This document shows, one piece after another, positions 56,179 through 64,000 of a DNA stretch of 64,000 bases (position 1 is the first letter of the stretch; each line of letters opens with the position of its first letter). Below the pieces are notes generated by a model. It was not told the origin of the DNA, searched no databases, and was given only the letters and a program-made list of their open reading frames with translations. Source of the DNA: Armatimonadota bacterium (lineage in GTDB: Bacteria > Armatimonadota > Fimbriimonadia > Fimbriimonadales > GBS-DC); NCBI GenBank assembly GCA_023511915.1, contig JAIMAN010000005.1, forward strand, positions 8,465-72,464. The letters are read 5' to 3'. The translations under genes and the position numbers were made by a program.

Positions 56179-56760
56179 ATGATGAGCGACGACACTTACT
56201 TGATTGAGGCAGCCAAGCAGGGCGACAACGAGGCGTTCGATCGGTTGTGGGCGCGCCATCGCGACAAGGTGTTCCGCTCGCTGCTGCGCGCCTGCGGGGG
56301 CAACCCCGACACGACGCACGATGTATTGCAAGACGCGCTGCTGAACGCCTTCAAGGCGCTGCAGCAGTTTCGGGGGGACGCCAACTTCGCCACATGGCTG
56401 TACACTATCGCGCGGCGGCTGTGCATCCGCGCCCGACGCGACTTAGACCGCTTCTACTCGCTGGACGACCCGCTGAACACCGAAGAGGGGCAAGCCATCC
56501 TGCGCCAACTGATTGACCAGCATGCGCAAGACCCCGAAGCGCTCGTGATTGAGAACGACCTGCGCGAGCGCGTGCAGCAGGCAGTGGCGGAGCTGCCCGA
56601 CTCGCTGCGCCCCGTGCTGGTGCTGCGCGATATCGAGGAACTCTCCACCGAAGAGACGGCGCAACGGCTGGGCATCACGCAAGCGGCGGTCAAAGCGCGC
56701 CTGCACCGCGCCCGCGAACTGCTCCGCCAAAAACTGGAGGCGTACCTGCACGAGCCATGA
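56179..56760 (+). CDS. ECF sigma factor
   Basis: DVLQDALL, FRGDANFATWLYTIA, LVLRDIEELS..ETA..LG..VKARLHRAR. Confidence 0.92.
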   Translation: MMSDDTYLIEAAKQGDNEAFDRLWARHRDKVFRSLLRACGGNPDTTHDVLQDALLNAFKALQQFRGDANFATWLYTIARRLCIRARRDLDRFYSLDDPLNTEEGQAILRQLIDQHAQDPEALVIENDLRERVQQAVAELPDSLRPVLVLRDIEELSTEETAQRLGITQAAVKARLHRARELLRQKLEAYLHEP

Positions 56761-56826
56761 ACGCCCAGCAACGCCTATAAGTAGTGGATTTTCGGGCGGA
56801 TTCCCCCCACATAGCCGCCCAACCCC

Positions 56827-56855
56827 TTGACAAAACGGCGTTTTCTTGTTATAAT
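56827..56855 (+). promoter_or_regulatory. Consensus sigma70 promoter
   Basis: TTGACA-N17-TATAAT with extended TG; a second TATAAT at 56942. Confidence 0.75.
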
Positions 56856-57046
56856 TTCAGGGGGCAACGCCGACGGGGGCGTCCACCCTGTGAAATTTTG
56901 TTCGAGAAACGCCGATTAAGCAGGAAAAACGCGCGTTGGGTTATAATTAAGACTCGGCGTCTCCTGCAGTGGAACTCACGGCAAGGGCGAATCGTATACC
57001 CTTGCAGGTAGGAACGCATGATATGAAAACCAACGCGCGGGCGAGA

Positions 57047-57064
57047 TTGTGAACAAGTTCACAA
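57047..57064. promoter_or_regulatory. Rex operator
   Basis: Perfect palindrome TTGTGAA-caag-TTCACAA equal to the Rex consensus; rex gene lies downstream on the same strand. Confidence 0.85.
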
Positions 57065-57094
57065 ACGCGCCCGTCCATAGGAGGTGTTATCGAA

Positions 57095-58357
57095 GTGCCC
57101 GTATTGGATGAGGAGATGGAAATTTTGATGGATACGCAGGCAACGGCTCGTCTGAGCAAGGCGGGGCGGGACTCGCTCTACGACGACCCGCTCGGACTGG
57201 AGATGGAGTCGCCCGAACTGGACGACCTCGATGTGCTGGACGACGACTTCTCGTCGCTGAGCATCGGCGGTCTGGAACTGGGCGACGAGCTGGGCGGCGA
57301 AGAGGAAGTGGACTTCTGGGGCGGCGTCGGCGAGGAGACCCCGCACGAGGACGACAGCGTCGAAGTCGAACTCTGGATGCTCCAGAGCCGACGCTCACAA
57401 CTGCTCACGCCCGAAGAGGAGATCCGATTCTCGCAGCAGGTGCAAGAGGGGGAACGGCTCTACAAAATCCGCAAGCAGATTGCCGACAAGCGCAAGGTAG
57501 ACCCAGAGAGCATCAGCGAGGAAGACTGGGCAAAGGCGGCGAACCTGCCCGCGTGGGAACTCGCCGTGCGCATCCAAGAAGCCGAAGAGGCGAAGCGACG
57601 GCTGATTGAATCGAACCTGCGCTTGGTGGTCAGCATCGCCAAGCGGTACGCCTCGCGCGGCATCTCGCTCGCCGACCTGATTCAGGAAGGCAACTTGGGG
57701 CTGATTCGCGCCGTCGAGAAGTTCGACCCCGAACGCGGGTTCCGATTTAGCACCTACGCCACTTGGTGGATTCGGCGCGCGATTGCCCGCGCGGTCATCA
57801 ACAACAGCCGCACCATCCGAATCCCCGTGTATGTGGCGGAACTCATCAACAAGGTCATCAAGACCGAGTTGCGCCTGCAGCAGATTCTGCAGCGGGAGCC
57901 GACCGACGAGGAAATCGCCGCCGAGACGAAAATGTCCGTCGAGCGCGTGCGCGAAATCCGACGCGCAGCGGTGGAGCCAATCTCCATCGAAAGCCCCGTC
58001 GGCGAGCGCGACAACGCCACGCTGGGCGAGTTCATCCCGTCCAGCGACATCGTGCCCACGCCCGAAGATGTCACGGAGCGGCTCATCCTGCGCGAGCAGA
58101 TCGACATGATTCTGGAGAAGTTGCAGCCGCGCGAGCGCGATGTGGTGCGCCTGCGCTTCGGGCTGGATGACGGACACCAGCGCACGCTCGAAGAGGTCGG
58201 CGCGGAACTCAAAATCACGCGCGAGCGCGTGCGCCAACTCGAACTGCGCGCCCTGCGCAAACTGCGCCAAATCGGCGAGCGCATCGAAGACCTGCGCCGC
58301 AATCAGGGGCTCGAACTCGAAGACGCGCTCGCGCTCATCGACACGGACTTCCAGTAA
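57095..58357 (+). CDS. RpoD/SigA-family sigma70 factor with divergent region 2.4
   Basis: SNLRLVVSIAKRY, DLIQEGNLGLIRAVEKFD, FSTYATWWIR, RTLEEVG..ITRERVRQLE; AGGAGG RBS. Confidence 0.9.
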   Translation: MPVLDEEMEILMDTQATARLSKAGRDSLYDDPLGLEMESPELDDLDVLDDDFSSLSIGGLELGDELGGEEEVDFWGGVGEETPHEDDSVEVELWMLQSRRSQLLTPEEEIRFSQQVQEGERLYKIRKQIADKRKVDPESISEEDWAKAANLPAWELAVRIQEAEEAKRRLIESNLRLVVSIAKRYASRGISLADLIQEGNLGLIRAVEKFDPERGFRFSTYATWWIRRAIARAVINNSRTIRIPVYVAELINKVIKTELRLQQILQREPTDEEIAAETKMSVERVREIRRAAVEPISIESPVGERDNATLGEFIPSSDIVPTPEDVTERLILREQIDMILEKLQPRERDVVRLRFGLDDGHQRTLEEVGAELKITRERVRQLELRALRKLRQIGERIEDLRRNQGLELEDALALIDTDFQ

Positions 58358-58363
58358 TCGCCA

Positions 58364-58393
58364 GCGTCGGGCAGGGCGCCTCCTGCCCGACGC
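58364..58393. repeat. 12-bp stem hairpin between the sigma gene and rex
   Basis: GCGTCGGGCAGG-gcgcct-CCTGCCCGACGC; no U-tract. Confidence 0.6.
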
Positions 58394-58405
58394 CGTTCAA
58401 TCGCT

Positions 58406-59080
58406 ATGACAGAGACGCGCGTGCCTGTGCCGACGCTCGAACGGTTAGCCATCTACCTGCGCGTGCTGCTGGACGCCCACGAATCGGGCATCCAGACGCT
58501 CTCCTCGCAAGAGATGGAGCAGCATTCGGGCATCAGCGCAGCGCAGTTCCGCAAAGACCTCTCCTACTTCGGCGAGTTCGGCAAGCCAGGCGTCGGCTAC
58601 TCGGTGCAGGGGCTGATCGCGTGCATCGAGCGCATCCTGCGCTTGGACGAGGAGCAGCCGATTCTGTTGGTTGGCGCGGGCAACATCGGCTCCGCGCTGG
58701 TGGGCTACCCGAACTTTCGGGCGCACCGCCTGCGCATCGCCGCCGTGTTCGACAACAACTTCGTCAAAATCGGACGCCCCTTCGGCGACCTGATCATCGA
58801 GGACATCGCCCGCATCCGTGAGGTGAACGCGCAGATTGGCGCGCGGCTGGGCATTATCGCGGTGCCTGCGCACGCCGCGCAAGAGGTCGCCGACGCGCTG
58901 GTCGACGCGGGCGTCACGGGCATCCTGAACTTCGCGCCGACCATCCTGCGCACGCCCCCGCATGTGCATGTGCGCAATGTGTCGTTCCTGCAGGAGTTGG
59001 CGGTGCTGTCCTATCACGCGGTTGAGGACGCGCTCTGCGTGAACGGGCAGGCGCGCCGCGGAGGCGACGATGGAGTATGA
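58406..59080 (+). CDS. rex: Redox-sensing transcriptional repressor Rex
   Basis: TLERLAIYLR, FRKDLSYFGEFGKPGVGY, VGAGNIG, GILNFAP. Confidence 0.95.
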   Translation: MTETRVPVPTLERLAIYLRVLLDAHESGIQTLSSQEMEQHSGISAAQFRKDLSYFGEFGKPGVGYSVQGLIACIERILRLDEEQPILLVGAGNIGSALVGYPNFRAHRLRIAAVFDNNFVKIGRPFGDLIIEDIARIREVNAQIGARLGIIAVPAHAAQEVADALVDAGVTGILNFAPTILRTPPHVHVRNVSFLQELAVLSYHAVEDALCVNGQARRGGDDGV

Positions 59081-60647
59081 CTTTCTGGTGCTGGGCAGCG
59101 GGATGGCGGGGCTGACCTTCGCGCTGAACGCCGCGCCGCACGGCACAGTCGCCATCCTCACCAAAAAACAACGCTCCGAGTCAAACACGAACTACGCGCA
59201 GGGCGGCATCGCCGCCGCGATGGGCGCGGACGACTCGTGGGAACTGCACCTGCACGACACGCTGATTGCGGGCGCAGGGCTGTGTGAGCGCGAAGCCGTC
59301 GAGGTGCTGGTGCGCGAAGGACCGCGCATGGTGCAGTGGCTCATCGAACTCGGCGCGCAGTTCGATCGCAATCCCGACGGCAGCCTTGCGCTGGGACGCG
59401 AGGGCGGACACACGCGCAACCGCATCCTGCACGCCGCCGACCACACAGGCTACGAAATCGAGCGCACGCTGCTCATCGCCGCCCGCAAAACGCCGCACAT
59501 CACCGTCTTGGAACACTACCAGGCGTTGGACTTGGTGCTGCAGGACGGCGCGTGTGTGGGTGTGCGCGTGCTGGACACGCTCACGGGCGACCTGTTCGAG
59601 ATTCGGGCGCGGGCGGTGCTGCTGGCGACGGGCGGCTGCGGACAGGTCTACCTGCACACGAGCAACCCGCCGATTGCCACAGGCGACGGCATCGCGATGG
59701 CATGGCGCGCGGGCGCGGTCATCGCCAACATGGAGTTCATCCAGTTCCACCCGACGACGCTGTACCACACGGACGCGCCGTCGTTCCTGATTTCGGAGGC
59801 GGTGCGCGGCGAGGGCGGACTGCTCAAGCGACGCGACGGCTACCGCTTCATGCCCGACTACGACCCGCGCGCCGAACTCGCCCCGCGCGATATCGTCGCC
59901 CGCGCCATCGACGCCGAACTCAAAAAGACGGGCGACCCGTGCGTCTACCTCGACATCACGCATCTGGATGCCGACTTCATCCAGCGGCGCTTCCCGACGA
60001 TTTACCAGACCTGCCTGCAGTACGGCATCGACATCACGCGCGAGCCGATTCCCGTCGTGCCCGCGGCGCACTACACCTGCGGCGGGGTGTGGACGGACTT
60101 GCACGGGCGCACGACGATTCCGCGCCTGTACGCCTGCGGCGAGGTCGCCTACACGGGCGTGCATGGGGCGAACCGCTTGGCGAGCAACTCGCTGCTGGAG
60201 GCGTTGGTGTTCGCCGAGCGCGCGGCGATTCACGCGACGACCCGCTTGGACGAGCCGCCACCGCAGCCGAAGCCGTCGTGCATCACCGCGCATCTTGCGC
60301 CCCCGACGCCTGCCCCCACACTCGACGCCCACGCCGACAACTGGGACGCCGCGCGGCTGCGCATCCGCCAACTGATGCACAAGCGCGTGGGCATCGTGCG
60401 CACGGTCGCCCGCCTGCAGGAGGCGTTCTGCGCGCTGGAGACGCTTGCCGCACAACTCGAAGCCGCCTACCGTCAGACGCCCATCACCGTCGACTCGTGT
60501 GAGGCGCGCAACCTCGCCGCGTGCGCCCTGCTAATTACCCAGAGCGCGCTCGCCCGCAAAGAGAGCCGCGGGCTGCACTATGTGCTGGACTATCCCGAAT
60601 CGCGCGACGAGTACGCCGTGTGCCCCACGCTGATTACGCCCGTATGA
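59070..60647 (+). CDS. nadB: L-aspartate oxidase
   Basis: GSGMAGL, YAQGGIA, REGGH, EFIQFHPT, LISEAVRGEG, AHYTCGG, GVHGANRLASNSLLE, ESRGLH. Confidence 0.95.
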   Translation: MEYDFLVLGSGMAGLTFALNAAPHGTVAILTKKQRSESNTNYAQGGIAAAMGADDSWELHLHDTLIAGAGLCEREAVEVLVREGPRMVQWLIELGAQFDRNPDGSLALGREGGHTRNRILHAADHTGYEIERTLLIAARKTPHITVLEHYQALDLVLQDGACVGVRVLDTLTGDLFEIRARAVLLATGGCGQVYLHTSNPPIATGDGIAMAWRAGAVIANMEFIQFHPTTLYHTDAPSFLISEAVRGEGGLLKRRDGYRFMPDYDPRAELAPRDIVARAIDAELKKTGDPCVYLDITHLDADFIQRRFPTIYQTCLQYGIDITREPIPVVPAAHYTCGGVWTDLHGRTTIPRLYACGEVAYTGVHGANRLASNSLLEALVFAERAAIHATTRLDEPPPQPKPSCITAHLAPPTPAPTLDAHADNWDAARLRIRQLMHKRVGIVRTVARLQEAFCALETLAAQLEAAYRQTPITVDSCEARNLAACALLITQSALARKESRGLHYVLDYPESRDEYAVCPTLITPV

Positions 60648-60979
60648 AAAAAGTGGACTGCATCATTCGCCCGCACACGCTGGAGGCGGTCAAGACCGCG
60701 CTGAACGAACTCGGCGTCACGGGGATGACGGTCAGCGAGGTGCGCGGGTGCGGCAGCAGCCCGCCCGAAACCGACTGGTTCGGTGAGGAGACGCTGATTC
60801 GCCTGCCCATCCGCCTGCGCCTGGAGTTGGTCGTGCCCGACGAGCAGGTGGAGCCGATTATTGAGGCGGTGCTTCGCCACGCCCGCACGGGTCAGCCCGA
60901 CGACGGCAAAATCTTCGTATTGCCCTACGCCGACGCGATACGCATCCGCACGGAAGAGCGTGGCGAAGCCGCCCTGTAG
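60644..60979 (+). CDS. PII family protein with non-canonical T-loop
   Basis: MKKVDCIIRP, GMTVSEVRG, TGQPDDGKIFV, IRIRTEE; ATGA overlap with nadB. Confidence 0.88.
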   Translation: MKKVDCIIRPHTLEAVKTALNELGVTGMTVSEVRGCGSSPPETDWFGEETLIRLPIRLRLELVVPDEQVEPIIEAVLRHARTGQPDDGKIFVLPYADAIRIRTEERGEAAL

Positions 60980-60982
60980 CGA

Positions 60983-61300
60983 CTACACGCCCTCAATCCG
61001 CACGCCCAGCACCTGCAGGAACTTCGCCAGCCATTCGGGGTGCGCGGGCCATGCGGGCGCGGTGACGAGGTTGCCGTCCACGACCGCTTTGTCGGCGGAC
61101 ACTTCCTCGAAGCGCGCCCCTGCCAGCGTCAGTTCGGGACCGACGGCGGGGTAGGCGGTCGCCGTGCGCCCCTGCAGCACGCCTGCAGCGGTCAGCACCT
61201 GCAGCCCGTGGCAAATCGCCGCGACAGGCTTGTTCGCCTCAAAAAAGTGGCGCACCATCTCCAGCACCTTCGGCTCGCGGCGGATGTATTCGGGCGCGCG
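60983..61300 (-). pseudogene. 5'-truncated DJ-1/PfpI family gene (C-terminal half only)
   Basis: [32 protein letters not shown] present; homology stops at about 61300 and the frame reaches a stop at about 61361 without an ATG/GTG/TTG. Confidence 0.75.
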
Positions 61301-61353
61301 GAGGAATTCAGGGTTGTGGCAATCAACTGCCCATCGGGTATAACTCCCATGCC

Positions 61354-64000
61354 ATGCGTTTCACCGAGCCGTGGTATCTGCTATTGTTGCCTGTGGCGTG
61401 GGGCTGGGTCTGGTGGACGGGTCGGCGTCTGCTGGGGGTCAGTCGGGCGCGTCGGCGGGTGATTCTGGCGTTGCGGTTCGCGCTGGTGCTGCTGATTGTG
61501 CTGGCGCTGGCGGGGTGGCAGGGGGTCGGGTCGCTGCGCAGCGTCTGCACGGTGTTCGTGCTGGATCGGTCGGCGAGCATCTCGGACGAGGGGCGCGCCG
61601 CCGCGCAGCAGTACCTACAGGAAGCCCTCCGCCAAGCCCCCGACGACGCGCGGACGGGGCTGGTCGTCTTCGGCGCGGAGCCGATGGTGGAGTGGCTGCC
61701 CGCGCCGCGCAAGACGGTGGACAACCTGTACGCCAAGCCGAACCCCGACGGCACAGATATTGCCGCCGCGTTGCGCTTGGCGAGCGCGCTGTTCCCCGAC
61801 GGCTACGCGCGGCGCATCGTGCTGCTGACCGACGGCAACGAGACGGCAGGCGACGCCTACGCCGCCGCGCAGGTCGCTGCAGTGGAGGGCATCCCCATCG
61901 ATGTCGTGCCGCTGCCGACGGGCAAGGCGGGCAACGACGCGCTGATCGAAGCGCTGGAGGCGCCCAGTGTCGCCAAAGTCGGCGAGCCGTACACCGTGCG
62001 CATCGTGGTGCATTCCCAAAAGCACGCGGAGGGCGCCATCGCGCTTGACCGCGAAGGCGCGCCCCTCAAGCGCATCCCCGTCAAACTCTCGCCCGGCGCG
62101 AACCTGATTACGACCACGCTGCGGGCGGACAAGCCCGGCGTGCAGCGCATCCGCGCCGTGCTGGAGGCGCAGCCCGACAGCGACCCGCGCAACAATCTGG
62201 GGCTGGCGCTGACCCGCGTGCAGGGCAAGCCGCATGTGCTGATTGCGGAGGGTAGGGCAGGCGCGAGCGACGCGATTGCACGCGCCCTGCAGGCGAACGC
62301 GATTGCCGTCACGCGCGTGCGCGAGGGCAACTTCCCCGACCGACCCGAAAAACTGCTCGACTACGACGCGATTGTGTTCAACGACTTCCCCGCAACCGCG
62401 CTTAGCCCGCAGCAGATGGAAGCGGTGCAGTCCGCCGTGCGCGAGGGCGGCGTCGGCTTCGTGATGATTGGCGGCGAGAACGCCTACCAGCCGGGCGGCT
62501 ACTACGGCACGCCCATCGCCGAACTCCTGCCCGTGGACTTGGAGATCAAGCATCGGCAAATCCAGCATGCGGCGACGGTGGTGCTGATTGTGGACGCTTC
62601 GGGCAGTATGAACGAGTATATCGGGCAGCACAAGGTGGCGCACTTGGCGGCGGAGGCGTCCATCAAGACGCTGCAGATGCTGCGCCCGATTGACCGCTTC
62701 GGGGTGATTATCAGCAGTCACGGGTCGGACTGGCTGCTGCCCGATATGGCGCGCACGGGGTTCGACCCGTTCAGTTGCGACGGGCGCCAGTTTCAAGGCT
62801 GTCATGGGCAGCGGGCGGGTCAGCCGCCGAGCGCGATTTTCCCCGCCAGCGAGCGCGAGCCGATTATTGCCGTGCTGCAGAAGGTGTACGGCACAGGGGG
62901 CGGGATCTTCGTGCGCGGCAGTCTGGAGATGGCGATGCGCGGGATGCTGACCGAGCCGCCCGACCGCGCACGGCACATCATCATGCTGGCGGACGCCAAC
63001 GACTGCGACGAGCAGGAGGGGAGCATTGAAGTCGCGCAGCAGTTGCGTCGGCTTGGCGTGACGCTGAGCGTGGTGGCGTTCGGCGACGGCGACGCAACCA
63101 AATTCCTGAAGCAGCTGGCGCGGGTGGGCGGCGGGCAGTTCTATCAAACGCGCGACGCGAGTTCGCTGCCTCGCCTGTTCACCGCCGATGTGAGCGCGAT
63201 GACGCGCACGGCAATTGAGCAGGGCGCGTTCATCCCCAAAGTGAACACGGCGGACGAACGCCTGCGCGAGGTGGACTGGAGCCGCACGCCCGCGCTGCTG
63301 GCGTACAACTTGGTCTCGGAGCGACCGCTGGCGCAGACGCTGATGCGCACGCACAAAGACGACCCGCTGCTGGCGGTGTGGCGGTATGGGCTGGGCACGG
63401 CGATTGCGTTCACCTCGGACGCGCAGCCGCGCTGGGCGCAACGCTGGCTGGGCTGGGACGGCTACGCGGTCTTCTGGACGCAGGTCATCCGCAGCGCGAT
63501 GCGCCCCAGCGCACAGCCGAACCTCGGGCTGACGGCGACTGTGCGCAACGGGCAGGCGATTGTGGAACTGCAAGCGTTCACCCCGCAGGGCGAGCCAATC
63601 AACGGGCTGACGCCGAAACTGACGGTGGGCGCGCCGTCGGGCGAGACGACGGAACTGACGCTGAGCATGGAGGGCGCGGGACGCTACACGGCGCAGTTCC
63701 CGCTGCGGGGGCAGGGGCTGTATGTGCTAAGCACGCAGGGCGACTTCGGCACAGGGCGCACGGCGACGCTGACCGCCGCGCTGGCTGTGCCCTACCCGCT
63801 GGAGTACCGCTTCTACCGCCAGAACCGCCCGCTGCTGGAGCGGATAGCGTCGCTGACGGGCGGGCGCGTCGCGCCAGAGCCTGCCCGCGCCTACGAACCG
63901 CCGCCCGCGCCCCAGCGGTTCACGCGCGACTTGTGGACGCTGGCGCTGCTGCTGGCGCTCATGCTGCTAATGGTGGACATCACGGTACGGCGCGTGGTGA
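61354..64000 (+). CDS. Membrane-anchored VWA / glutamine amidotransferase-like domain protein (3' truncated by window edge)
   Basis: [54 protein letters not shown]; no stop found before window end. Confidence 0.85.
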   Translation, partial: MRFTEPWYLLLLPVAWGWVWWTGRRLLGVSRARRRVILALRFALVLLIVLALAGWQGVGSLRSVCTVFVLDRSASISDEGRAAAQQYLQEALRQAPDDARTGLVVFGAEPMVEWLPAPRKTVDNLYAKPNPDGTDIAAALRLASALFPDGYARRIVLLTDGNETAGDAYAAAQVAAVEGIPIDVVPLPTGKAGNDALIEALEAPSVAKVGEPYTVRIVVHSQKHAEGAIALDREGAPLKRIPVKLSPGANLITTTLRADKPGVQRIRAVLEAQPDSDPRNNLGLALTRVQGKPHVLIAEGRAGASDAIARALQANAIAVTRVREGNFPDRPEKLLDYDAIVFNDFPATALSPQQMEAVQSAVREGGVGFVMIGGENAYQPGGYYGTPIAELLPVDLEIKHRQIQHAATVVLIVDASGSMNEYIGQHKVAHLAAEASIKTLQMLRPIDRFGVIISSHGSDWLLPDMARTGFDPFSCDGRQFQGCHGQRAGQPPSAIFPASEREPIIAVLQKVYGTGGGIFVRGSLEMAMRGMLTEPPDRARHIIMLADANDCDEQEGSIEVAQQLRRLGVTLSVVAFGDGDATKFLKQLARVGGGQFYQTRDASSLPRLFTADVSAMTRTAIEQGAFIPKVNTADERLREVDWSRTPALLAYNLVSERPLAQTLMRTHKDDPLLAVWRYGLGTAIAFTSDAQPRWAQRWLGWDGYAVFWTQVIRSAMRPSAQPNLGLTATVRNGQAIVELQAFTPQGEPINGLTPKLTVGAPSGETTELTLSMEGAGRYTAQFPLRGQGLYVLSTQGDFGTGRTATLTAALAVPYPLEYRFYRQNRPLLERIASLTGGRVAPEPARAYEPPPAPQRFTRDLWTLALLLALMLLMVDITVRRVV

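Noticed and set aside
56856-57046. Riboswitch or sRNA in the long leader of the sigma gene
   Set aside because: No recognisable aptamer or terminator; the length is explained by tandem promoters and the Rex box. An Rfam scan would settle it

Overview
GC-rich (roughly 65% by eye), densely coding bacterial chromosome segment with about 60 genes. I found no rRNA, tRNA or CRISPR array. A prepilin/H-X9-DG protein, a dockerin-like C-terminal domain protein and an ARC-type ATPase suggest an Armatimonadetes-like organism (inference). Most genes are housekeeping or metabolic (alaS, tdk, pdhA, infC-rpmI-rplT-pheS, nadC, psd, tkt, flgF/G, guaA, rex, nadB). The most notable observations are: (1) a perfect Rex operator (TTGTGAAcaagTTCACAA) in front of a sigma70-family gene with an altered region 2.4, followed by rex, nadB and a non-canonical PII, which may be a redox/NAD signalling module; (2) an apparently catalytically dead PTS Enzyme I homolog coupled to a MoxR-DUF58 operon; (3) about ten copies of a sigma-H-like promoter (GCAGGAA-N16-GAAT/C), plus a separate class of leaderless GGTANNNT promoters; (4) a SpoVR intein carrying a LacI-type HTH and a LAGLIDADG endonuclease; (5) a bacterial Clp1 kinase, an unclassified HhH glycosylase-like protein, two orphan DNA methyltransferases (one circularly permuted) and apparent strong avoidance of ACGT and GGCC. 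All family assignments come from motif recognition by eye; no database searches were run.
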